From positions 3,390,001 to 3,422,000 of the forward strand of contig CP104013.1 in the NCBI GenBank assembly GCA_025839675.1: a stretch of 32,000 nt of DNA, in the 5' to 3' direction. Of this stretch, positions 15,940 to 24,619 are shown piece after piece. The stretch comes from Candidatus Lokiarchaeum ossiferum (GTDB lineage: Archaea > Asgardarchaeota > Lokiarchaeia > Sigyniarchaeales > Promethearchaeaceae). The translations under genes and the position numbers were made by a program. The notes under the pieces are model-generated. The model had not been told where the DNA came from, searched no databases, and worked only from the letters and a program-made list of their open reading frames with translations. How positions within the stretch are numbered: the stretch's first letter is position 1; the number at the start of each line of letters is the position of its first letter.

Positions 15940-16728
15940 TCATTCCATCATTTTTTTTAAATCTTTTATCGAATTTATCGTCAAGTAAGGGATTATATCA
16001 CTCGCTAATTTATTATAATCTCTCCCTTTCCCTGTTCTGACCAAAATACTGCGAATTTTTGAATTTAATCCTCCGGGATTGTCTGATTCGAGATCATCTC
16101 CAACAATAATTACTTCATCTGGACTTAATCCAATTTTAGAGAGAGCAAAATGGAAATAATCTTCACTCGGTTTTCCCATGATTTTAAAATCTTTTTGAGT
16201 TGCATTTGCAATCATACGGACAAAAGCTCCAGTATCAATGCAAGGTTCCCCGGCTTTATTTAAGAAATACCTATTACCTTGTGTTCCTATTAACATTGCA
16301 CCATTATAGACATATTTAAAGACTTGATCCAATTTCTCTACTCTCCAATCATCCGAAAAATCACCCATGACAACAATATCTGGTTGTTCTCCATCAGAAA
16401 CTTCATTTGCTTCTGAAAATTCTTTTTTAACTTCTTTTGTTGTTAAAAAAAATACTTTTTTCTCTGGACAACTCTTCAAATATTCCTTAATTGCAACAAT
16501 TGGGGTAAATATATCTTCTTTCTTCACTCCAAAGCCGTAATTTTTCAAGAGATCATACATTGCCCGTGGAGTTCGACTATCTGTGTTTGTTAAGAAAACA
16601 ATCCTAATTCCCTTATCTTTTAGGAATTGAATTGTATCGATTGCTCCCTCAATTGGTTTTTTTTTGAATTCAACAGTTCCTGCAATATCACACAAAATAC
16701 CTTTTACAAATTCTAACTTATTTTTCAT
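15940..16728 (-). CDS. HAD-superfamily subfamily IIA hydrolase (LHPP/NagD-like)
   Basis: 262-aa ORF with motif I 'CDIAGTV', motif II 'FLTNTDS', 'GKP' and motif IV 'VGDDLESD'. The cap position is typical of HAD-IIA. Confidence 0.75.
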   Translation of the reverse strand: MKNKLEFVKGILCDIAGTVEFKKKPIEGAIDTIQFLKDKGIRIVFLTNTDSRTPRAMYDLLKNYGFGVKKEDIFTPIVAIKEYLKSCPEKKVFFLTTKEVKKEFSEANEVSDGEQPDIVVMGDFSDDWRVEKLDQVFKYVYNGAMLIGTQGNRYFLNKAGEPCIDTGAFVRMIANATQKDFKIMGKPSEDYFHFALSKIGLSPDEVIIVGDDLESDNPGGLNSKIRSILVRTGKGRDYNKLASDIIPYLTINSIKDLKKMME

Positions 16729-16827
16729 ATTTTTTCCCCGCTAGTCTTGTTTAAAAAAAATACGTTAAAAAAGTGGTGTTTCGCTTGAATTCTCGGGATC
16801 TTTAAAGTTTGTAGAGAATCTCGTTTA

Positions 16828-17421
16828 TTAAGATTTAAAGGATGATTTAACTTTTCCCAAGTGTTCGCGCCACTCATTGATATTTTTTGAGATTTCATCA
16901 AATAAGATGATTTCTTCGGATGTTAAAACCTTTTTTGATTGAACATTTTGAGGTTGTGTAGCAAGACGATTAATTTTCGCTAATCTAACACGGATCAAAT
17001 CATTCAAATCACTATAAAATTGCTTGAAATCTTGTCTAGGGGCTTTTCCTTGTTCGTACATTTCATTTATTATTTTTAATTGCTCATGGGCTTGAGTATA
17101 AACATAACTATGATCCTCGATTTTTCCTAATTCAGGATTTGTGGATTCCTGAAAATTTATTTTTTGGATGCTCTTTCGATTCAATAGTTTTTCATCATCA
17201 AAACGTAGATACCCTTTTTTCACCAGAATTTTAGCAACATAATGATCTAAAGGATATGGATGTCCTACTTTAAAAGGTCCGATGCGTTTTCCCAAATGGT
17301 TTATCGAATGTGGAAAATCTTTCATGCACAGGGTATCCACTTTTTCATGACTAAATTCATTTTCTTCGCGAAGAAGCTGAGCACAAATGGAATTTGATGC
17401 AAAATTGGAAGATATTCCCAT
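16828..17421 (-). CDS. GINS-family replication protein (Gins23-like domain order), putative
   Basis: 197-aa ORF. A beta-rich 'IGPFKVGHPYPLDHYVAKILVKKGYLRF' (B-domain-like) is followed by a helical 'DLIRVRLAKINRLA...LTSEEIILFDEISKNINEW' (A-domain-like). The assignment is by eye only. Confidence 0.5.
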   Translation of the reverse strand: MGISSNFASNSICAQLLREENEFSHEKVDTLCMKDFPHSINHLGKRIGPFKVGHPYPLDHYVAKILVKKGYLRFDDEKLLNRKSIQKINFQESTNPELGKIEDHSYVYTQAHEQLKIINEMYEQGKAPRQDFKQFYSDLNDLIRVRLAKINRLATQPQNVQSKKVLTSEEIILFDEISKNINEWREHLGKVKSSFKS

Positions 17422-17519
17422 GATTTAATTATTCGAAAAATCATTATAAATTTCTCTAATAGCAGATTGACATTTAAAAACAAAATTTCTAAAGGCAGTT
17501 CAGCTAAGTTTAATGTGAA

Positions 17520-20500
17520 ATGGGTCTCAAAGAGTTTTTTCAAGTTTTTAGTGTAAAAAATAGTCAAGGTATTGAAGTATCATATTCATTGCTTATATTC
17601 TTAACAATTGTATATATCGGAACAATTGTTGCTGGTTATTTCTTAATGTCCTCACAGGTTAAAATTGTCAAAAAAGAAATTTGGTCATATAAAGATACTC
17701 TAAAATGCATTGTTTTTGCTTTCTTTTTCGGAAGTGGCATTACTATAATAATTACTATGATGGCCACATTTGTCCTTAATAATACAGTAAATGGGCCTAA
17801 TCAAGGACAAGCTTTTTTCATTTTCATCCCGATGTTCTTTTGCCTAATTTTTATTACACTTTACCCTCTTTTAGAATTTCTATTCATGGCACATTCTGCG
17901 AATGATTTGTCCGTAACACCTACCCAAAAATTATTTGAAAACCTGATTAAAAAATTCAAGAAACCCACATCATATATAATAGCTTTACTGCTGTACATAT
18001 TTTGTATCCCAACTCCAATTTTAATAATGGTTCTTAGCGGCGTTGAGTTAGTAGTAGCTTGGATCAGTTGGGCATTATTATTTCCGATGTCGATGATTGT
18101 ATATTATGCCTCATTGGGATTTTCTGTAGGTCATGCTCTGTATTATTCACATATTGCTCATTTAGAACGATCAACCTTTCTACATTTTGATAACAGTAAT
18201 CGAGCTCTCAAAGAATTTTGGAGAAATCCATTTTTTTACATTATTTTTTTTGTCTTAAACTATATCTACGTCTATGAGCTATACAAAAGCTACAGCACAC
18301 TAAGTCATTTTAGTATAAATTACATTGAAAAAGCACCACTAATTAATTTTGATTGGTCCATTCCCATAGCACTTGTATTCGCTATTTCTGCGTATTTCAC
18401 TAGGTACTGGAAACGAAAAGTCAAAGTTTCGGCTCAATCGATTTTCTTTTCTGGGTTTTTAATTGCTGCAATAGGCATAAATGTATTAATTAATATTTTT
18501 ATCACATATAATGGAACAAGAGTTTTTGAGAGTATGTTTAAGCAGTGGGAATTCACATCCGTCTTATATGAAGCTAGAATTCCTGGTAGGGCTATCCTCA
18601 ATCATTCAAAGTTAAATTTAATTGGATCCATTGAAGAAGTAGGGTTATTCGTTATTATTTCATTTTTCTTCTTTATTCAGAAAGACCATAAACTCTATAA
18701 TGATGCCTTGGAAGGTGTAGTCACCGCTGCAGCCGATAAGTTTAATCCTATCCCTCCATTTAACATGTGTCGATATAAGAATTCTGAACAACGAAAATAT
18801 GCCAATCAAATCTTATTGACTATGTATGATAGAATTCCAATAAAATATGGCTATAATCTGACCCAAGATATTTTTAAAGATCCTTTACTGGATGCCATGT
18901 GTGATCCCAGTAATATTTACGCCCAACAAACCGGTAAGTTGATTTTTAACCAATTACTTCAAAATCACCCCAAAAAAACGCTTCCAATTATTTATGAAAA
19001 TATTGAATCCTCAAATTTTGATAAAGTTCAAATTATTCTTGAAAGTTTAATTTCTCATGGAGAAAATATTATTCCCTTCATAAAGATCAATAAATTTTAT
19101 ACATTGTTAACACACCCGAATTATAAATTGAGGAAAGCGGCCTTATCTTTCGTAAATGTATATTATCGAAGTTCTTATGCTGATATAAAAGAAATCTTTC
19201 CAAGTTCTGATCAAATTTCACAAATAATTCCTCTCTTAGAAGATGCAGATTATGAAATTGAAGCTGAATCTTTAGAATTTTTGAGTCACTATTCTAAAGA
19301 CCTTGATGCCTCCATCTTTGCTAGTCGTTTAGAACATCCTGTTCCAAAAATACGAAGTATTGCCGCCAGTATATCGAGTCAAATAACTGGAGATGATTTG
19401 TCTTCAGCAACTATTCCAAAATTAATAGAAATGCTTGAAAGTCCTAATAATGATGTAAAAATTGCTGCTATGAATGCTCTAGGCAAAATAGGTGATTTTG
19501 ATTCGAATAAAATTCCGCTTCAACCCTTTAAAACTTCCTTGGTAGATAACAATGAAAAAATAAGGAAAGCAGCCGTTGCAGGTATAGTTTCATATCTGAA
19601 AGAGAAGCCCCTTGGGATAAAACCTGAATATATTTTGCGCATCCTATCTGATTCTCCTTCAGATATTCAGGAATCCTTGCTAACAATCTTAGGTTATATA
19701 TGGAAACAAGCCCCAGCGAAAGTCTTTCCTGTTTTAATTACATTTCTAAGAAACGAAGATACAAAAATCAAAAAAATCTCTCAACAAACTCTTGTTGCAA
19801 TGGGGTATCAAGATCCAAAGACGGTTACTTTGAAATTGATTGTAGAGCAAGAAACAGAAAGTTACATTCGTAGAGGAAAAATCTCAGATACTATAATTCG
19901 AATTTCAGCTAAATATTGGAAAAGAGTTATTCCTATTATAATGACCAAGTTAGAATCCCCGGAAGAACATATAAGACTTAATTGTGCAACTGTACTTAAC
20001 GCAATATCTGAATTACATCCTGAAGATATCCCTGCTGATAAATTTATTTCATTGTGGATAAATGAATCTTCCTCAAAAATGAAAAAAGAGATGAGTCCTT
20101 GTATTGGAAATATCTCCTCAACTGCTTTCGAAGTTATTAAAGCAAATTTCTCACAAATAAAAAATACTTTTGTTAAGTCAAATTCAACTGTAAAACTTGC
20201 CATTGTCAAAATGTATATAACTCTTGCACAAAAATCACCATCGCTCATAAAATTTGATTTGATCAAAGATTTGACTAAGGATAAAGATCCAAATATCCGT
20301 GAATTGTCAATGGAACTTATTGAAATTATGGGATCAGTCGATCCCCAAAAATCTATCAAATTTCTGATGAAAGGTTTGAATGACCCAGAATGGCCTGTAA
20401 AAAATGCTGCAGCGGATTCAATAGCACATTTTGGAGAAAAAGTTGAAAATGAAACTGTGATTAATGAAATTAAAAAGATGCTTTATGAAAAAGAAAAGTG

Positions 20501-20969
20501 GACAAGATTAAAAGGATTGGAAGTAATCACCTCAATCACAGAAAAACGTAATACCGTTTTGACGATCGATGAAATTTTAGCTTTAAATTCAAGTTCTGAT
20601 GATGTTAATTTTCGAAAAGGCTTTGCAAAGTTACTTGGTCTTACCGCGGTCCAAGATTTTGACAAATTTTTCCCTGAAATTTTAAAACTCCTGCAAGATA
20701 CAGATGAATCCGTTAGGAAAGGAATGATTTCTGGAGTTGTCTCTCTTTCGAGCAAAATTGAAGTAAATCTACTTGTTCCAAAACTTCTCTTCTATTTAAC
20801 AGAAGAAACTCCTCTTGTTTTGCAACAAAGTATCGCTCTTGCTCTAAAACGTATAGTAAAATATGAAAAAAAGGAATTGAAAGATCGAGTTATTGCTTTA
20901 CTTAAAAAACGAGCCCTTGTGAGTCAAGACGAAATAATATCTTCCGTATTATCAGACTTGAAATACTAA
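17520..20969 (+). CDS. Polytopic membrane protein (about 8-9 TM helices) fused to a long HEAT/ARM-repeat solenoid
   Basis: 1149-aa ORF. The first roughly 390 aa contain hydrophobic helices, for example 'SLLIFLTIVYIGTIVAGYFLM' and 'AFFIFIPMFFCLIFITLYPLL'. From about aa 430 there are recurrent HEAT_PBS-type units: 'NNDVKIAAMNALGKIGD', 'NEKIRKAAVAGIVS', 'DPNIRELSMELIEIMG', 'EWPVKNAAADSIAHFGE' and 'DESVRKGMISGVVSL'. Confidence 0.7.
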   Translation: MGLKEFFQVFSVKNSQGIEVSYSLLIFLTIVYIGTIVAGYFLMSSQVKIVKKEIWSYKDTLKCIVFAFFFGSGITIIITMMATFVLNNTVNGPNQGQAFFIFIPMFFCLIFITLYPLLEFLFMAHSANDLSVTPTQKLFENLIKKFKKPTSYIIALLLYIFCIPTPILIMVLSGVELVVAWISWALLFPMSMIVYYASLGFSVGHALYYSHIAHLERSTFLHFDNSNRALKEFWRNPFFYIIFFVLNYIYVYELYKSYSTLSHFSINYIEKAPLINFDWSIPIALVFAISAYFTRYWKRKVKVSAQSIFFSGFLIAAIGINVLINIFITYNGTRVFESMFKQWEFTSVLYEARIPGRAILNHSKLNLIGSIEEVGLFVIISFFFFIQKDHKLYNDALEGVVTAAADKFNPIPPFNMCRYKNSEQRKYANQILLTMYDRIPIKYGYNLTQDIFKDPLLDAMCDPSNIYAQQTGKLIFNQLLQNHPKKTLPIIYENIESSNFDKVQIILESLISHGENIIPFIKINKFYTLLTHPNYKLRKAALSFVNVYYRSSYADIKEIFPSSDQISQIIPLLEDADYEIEAESLEFLSHYSKDLDASIFASRLEHPVPKIRSIAASISSQITGDDLSSATIPKLIEMLESPNNDVKIAAMNALGKIGDFDSNKIPLQPFKTSLVDNNEKIRKAAVAGIVSYLKEKPLGIKPEYILRILSDSPSDIQESLLTILGYIWKQAPAKVFPVLITFLRNEDTKIKKISQQTLVAMGYQDPKTVTLKLIVEQETESYIRRGKISDTIIRISAKYWKRVIPIIMTKLESPEEHIRLNCATVLNAISELHPEDIPADKFISLWINESSSKMKKEMSPCIGNISSTAFEVIKANFSQIKNTFVKSNSTVKLAIVKMYITLAQKSPSLIKFDLIKDLTKDKDPNIRELSMELIEIMGSVDPQKSIKFLMKGLNDPEWPVKNAAADSIAHFGEKVENETVINEIKKMLYEKEKWTRLKGLEVITSITEKRNTVLTIDEILALNSSSDDVNFRKGFAKLLGLTAVQDFDKFFPEILKLLQDTDESVRKGMISGVVSLSSKIEVNLLVPKLLFYLTEETPLVLQQSIALALKRIVKYEKKELKDRVIALLKKRALVSQDEIISSVLSDLKY

Positions 20970-20974
20970 TATCA

Positions 20975-22582
20975 TTAGGTCAAATTTAATAAAAATTGAA
21001 GATAGTGTTCTTTTTTTGAGGAATTTAAAGTTCCTTTTTTTTCCAACATATCAAAACCTTTTTTGATCTCATTTTTATAAACAGGAGCTCGCTCACAACA
21101 AAATTCAAAATTGCTTCTTAATTGCATATTAATGTCTAATATCTTCGAAACTTCTTTTTCAAAGGCAATATACTCGGGAGTGAGGGGGATTCGTTCTAAA
21201 TTAGAAAAAGTGTATTCAGATGGGAAGATTATTTCTATACGTTCATCTTCCTCCTCGTCTTCAAATATAGCTATACCGATTGGAACATAAATATTCATTG
21301 TGGGATTGGTTAAATGTGTAATATTATCATCTATTTGCCAATTACGCAATTTTATTTCATCAAATTTGCATCTTTTTATTTTGTCATCAATAATATTAGT
21401 AATTTCAAGAAAAATATTTGAGAGATTATCTAATGTTGTTTGAATTTCCTCTATTTTTTGATTCCGTTCATTTTTCAACACTTGTAATTTATTTTTCTGG
21501 TTTTGTTGGCGATCTATTAGTTCAGAGTTCAATAAGTGAATTCGTTCTTCCGCGGATAAGTTTGTGTTCTCCAAATCTTTCCTAATCTTGTTAATTTTCG
21601 ATGATATGTTATCTAGTTGGGTTTCTGATTCTTCTAGAGCTGTCCGAATATGGGCAACATTCTGATATGCTTTAACTACTACGGTTCCAACTGAATTTTT
21701 TGCTTTAAGTATATCGGTTTGCAGAAAATAACTATTTCGCTTATGAATATCCTCAAAGACCAGATCGATACCTTTAAACATTTTCCCAATTTTTTCAATA
21801 ATATTTTTTTGTTCTTGGAGAATCCAGACATCCACATTATCTTTCGCTTTATCTAATGTTTTTTGAATATCAGTTTCATCAATTTGGTGAGCTTTATCTA
21901 ATTTACTTTGATAAATTTCTTGAATATCCTTTTTTTGAACTAAAAGATCAACTTTCCATCGAGACATTGGTTTTTCAATCATATCCTTTAAAGATTTCCA
22001 CCTATCTCTAATTCCACGGACCATTCGCAAAGTTTCTATCCATTCTTGTCCAAAATTTATTGAATCATCAAAAGTATAAATATTTTCTAAACATGAAAAA
22101 TCATTTGAATTAAAATTAGTCAACTTTGGAACTATTTTACCAATACCTTTCAAAAGATCTGGATCAAATAATCCATTAATCTCTTGAGAGAGAATTTCTT
22201 CTGAATGGTTATTATCACTTTCAGTATCGAGTTCATTTTCAAGAAAAATCCTCTCTTTGAATTCAATAATATTTTTAACAGTTTCTAGTTTTGCAAAATT
22301 ATCCATTTTTGAATTTCGAAGAACATGACCAATTTGGGCTGTTTTTGGAGCATTATTTATGTTCATATTCAATTTACTAACTCCCACTTTATCAATCATC
22401 AACTTAAAATTTGGTTCTGCTTGGATGAATATAACTGGCCAAAGAATTTGAGTCATTTTCATTAAAGTCTCATCAGGATTCATTCGATCAATAAGTTGAG
22501 CAAAATTTAATGCAATTGATTCTTCAAATGATATTTCTTGATGAGATCGATGTTCAATATTGAAGGGTAAACGGATCGACAT
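20975..22582 (-). CDS. Hypothetical protein with a central coiled coil; no family recognised
   Basis: 535-aa ORF with clean coding character. The N-terminal region of about 110 aa is mixed alpha/beta ('ILWPVIFIQAEPNFKLMIDKVG'). A heptad-rich stretch covers about aa 230-400. Towards the C-terminus there is an acidic patch 'FEDEEEDERIEIIF'. It is transcribed divergently from 22695. Confidence 0.6.
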   Translation of the reverse strand: MSIRLPFNIEHRSHQEISFEESIALNFAQLIDRMNPDETLMKMTQILWPVIFIQAEPNFKLMIDKVGVSKLNMNINNAPKTAQIGHVLRNSKMDNFAKLETVKNIIEFKERIFLENELDTESDNNHSEEILSQEINGLFDPDLLKGIGKIVPKLTNFNSNDFSCLENIYTFDDSINFGQEWIETLRMVRGIRDRWKSLKDMIEKPMSRWKVDLLVQKKDIQEIYQSKLDKAHQIDETDIQKTLDKAKDNVDVWILQEQKNIIEKIGKMFKGIDLVFEDIHKRNSYFLQTDILKAKNSVGTVVVKAYQNVAHIRTALEESETQLDNISSKINKIRKDLENTNLSAEERIHLLNSELIDRQQNQKNKLQVLKNERNQKIEEIQTTLDNLSNIFLEITNIIDDKIKRCKFDEIKLRNWQIDDNITHLTNPTMNIYVPIGIAIFEDEEEDERIEIIFPSEYTFSNLERIPLTPEYIAFEKEVSKILDINMQLRSNFEFCCERAPVYKNEIKKGFDMLEKKGTLNSSKKEHYLQFLLNLT

Positions 22583-22694
22583 ATTCGCATGTACAAATAG
22601 TAGTTTAGATCTTTAGAGGCTTTTGCCTTGAAATATCAAAAGTGGAACTTCACCAAAATCTTTTAATAGTGTAAAAATGGATCAAATTGTGTAA

Positions 22695-23558
22695 ATGACT
22701 GCTCCAAGTCAAGAATTTGAAGTTGAAGTTACTTGCCCCATACCCGAGTGCAAAAAAACAAAAATTGTAAAAATCCCTTCATATCTTTTTGAAAACAAGA
22801 AAATGGGAACAATTAAAGTACAAATTCACGCAGATATATGTTGTGAACATGAATTTATTATTTTTGTTGGAAAAATGAAAGGAAAGCCTCCTAGGGTCAG
22901 AGCGTATGAAATGGTGGATTTAGCAATAGATCTATCAAAGATAATAAAAACTGGCAAAAATGATCAAGTGTTCTTGAAAGATCTATTAAAAAAATATGGT
23001 GATTATGCAGTTAGCTCATGTCTTCATGCTTTGATGTTAAATTGTCACATTATTTTTCTTCGAACTGAACATGATACCAATCAATCAAATCAAATTACAA
23101 ATCTTCTGAATAGTTTTATCCCATCTCAACATCCAAGTGATAATATTACAATATCACATATTTTAGAATCCGAATATAAAAAGGCTAAGATTTCCAATGC
23201 CTTGGTTGTTAACCCTCAAGGAGTTATTGCTAACACTCCATGGTCAGATATTTCTTTAGATATTGAAAAACATCTTATCCAAGAATCTTTAGAAATCCTA
23301 GATGATTCGCTACAAGCAATGATCCTAAAACAGGAATTGGAACTTTTATTTAACAAGTCCCAATTTATTGTCAACATAATCAAGAAAGATGAAATTTTTG
23401 AAGAAGATTTAAATCAGAAAATTTCACAAGAGTATGGAAATACGATATCCAAGTCTGAAATGAAATTACTTAAGCAAATCGTCGAATTTCGATTTAAAGG
23501 TAATCTCAAAAAAATCAAAATTCGATCCTTTAGTAAATTGAAGGAAGGTCTCTGGTAA
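22695..23558 (+). CDS. Hypothetical Zn-ribbon protein with a possible DENN/folliculin-like core
   Basis: 287-aa ORF. The N-terminal 'CPIPEC...ICCEHEF' supplies four potential Zn ligands. The centre reads 'SSCLHALMLNCHIIFLRTEHD..ITNLLNSFIP'. The C-terminus is helical ('SKSEMKLLKQIVEFRF'). The CDS call is confident, but the fold assignment is speculative (about 0.3). Confidence 0.6.
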   Translation: MTAPSQEFEVEVTCPIPECKKTKIVKIPSYLFENKKMGTIKVQIHADICCEHEFIIFVGKMKGKPPRVRAYEMVDLAIDLSKIIKTGKNDQVFLKDLLKKYGDYAVSSCLHALMLNCHIIFLRTEHDTNQSNQITNLLNSFIPSQHPSDNITISHILESEYKKAKISNALVVNPQGVIANTPWSDISLDIEKHLIQESLEILDDSLQAMILKQELELLFNKSQFIVNIIKKDEIFEEDLNQKISQEYGNTISKSEMKLLKQIVEFRFKGNLKKIKIRSFSKLKEGLW

Positions 23559-23605
23559 TAAAACCAAAATTTTTTTGATTTAATTAACTAGTACTTTTGT
23601 TAAAT

Positions 23606-24550
23606 ATGGAAAAGAAATCAGAGATCGATATTCAAAAAGCAATACGAGAAGGAATTATAGAACTTAAAAAAACCTACGAAAAGCAAGAAAATATCAAAGT
23701 TATTGAAGAAAGAGCCACTATTGCTTCCAGTCTGGGTGTTCTTTTATGGAAAGATAATCAATCACAAGATGCTAAGAAATATTTTCTTCTCGCTCTTGGG
23801 GAATATGAAAAATTAAACGATGATTTTAAAATTGCGACTACTCAAGGAACTTTGGGTTCCTTATTTTTAGAATTGGGTGAATATGCTCTATCGCAAAAGT
23901 ATAATGAAGATGCATATGAATATTGGAAAGGCACCAATTTTCTAAATGAGCGGATTGCATGCCTTCAAAATTTAGGAATAATTTTATTACGAAATCAAGA
24001 CGAGTTGAAAGCTTCTGAATATATACTAGAAGGGCTTAGGATGGCTATATCTTTGCAAGATGAAAATCAATTTGCAATTACTATTCAAATTTTGTTAGAA
24101 CATTACGAAAAACTCAAAAGATTTGATATGTTACTTGAGCTGAAAAAGAAAGCTCTCGAATTTTGGACACAAATGGATTTGCCACAAAGGAAATTTAAAA
24201 CTTTAATCGATTTAGGTGTAATTTCTCAACTAATGGAAGATTTTTCTGCAGCAATAACATTTTTCAAACCGGCATTCAATATTGGCTATCATGCTGGAGA
24301 TCTGGAAAAAATGTTTCTAGCCGAAGGATTTTTAGCAGAAACATATCTGAAACTTAGGGAAATTGAGAAAGCAAAAAACACATACTTACAAGCCTTTAAA
24401 TTGGCTGTGTACATCAATGTTGAGAAAGATTATAAGCAACATGTTGAAGCCATGCGGTTGGCTTTACTCTCGCTTGGATATACTATCGAAGAATTAGTAA
24501 AAGAGGGTCAAAAAGCTTTGGAAGAAGCTCAATTTGACCAAAACCAATAA
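23606..24550 (+). CDS. TPR-repeat protein
   Basis: About 314 aa from ATG 23606 (the ORF track starts at TTG 23597). It has successive 34-40-aa helix pairs with TPR spacing: 'SSLGVLLWKDNQSQDAKKYFLLALGEYEKLND', 'GTLGSLFLELGEYALSQKYNEDAYEYW' and 'QNLGIILLRNQDELKASEYILEGLRMA'. Confidence 0.7.
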   Translation: MEKKSEIDIQKAIREGIIELKKTYEKQENIKVIEERATIASSLGVLLWKDNQSQDAKKYFLLALGEYEKLNDDFKIATTQGTLGSLFLELGEYALSQKYNEDAYEYWKGTNFLNERIACLQNLGIILLRNQDELKASEYILEGLRMAISLQDENQFAITIQILLEHYEKLKRFDMLLELKKKALEFWTQMDLPQRKFKTLIDLGVISQLMEDFSAAITFFKPAFNIGYHAGDLEKMFLAEGFLAETYLKLREIEKAKNTYLQAFKLAVYINVEKDYKQHVEAMRLALLSLGYTIEELVKEGQKALEEAQFDQNQ

Positions 24551-24619
24551 ACAAAACAGTTATATTGGTTATTTTTCTTTCATTATTCGGGGGAGTCAAA
24601 TATTAAAAAAATTGCTGAG

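Noticed and set aside
17322-17567. An 81-aa minus-strand ORF spanning the GINS-like gene start and the HEAT gene start.
   Set aside because: It overlaps two better-supported genes and their divergent promoter region, and it has no motifs.
19862-20755. Minus-strand ORFs of 165 aa and 90 aa inside the HEAT-repeat gene.
   Set aside because: They are fully nested antisense ORFs. The plus-strand frame shows regular HEAT-repeat periodicity along the whole region.
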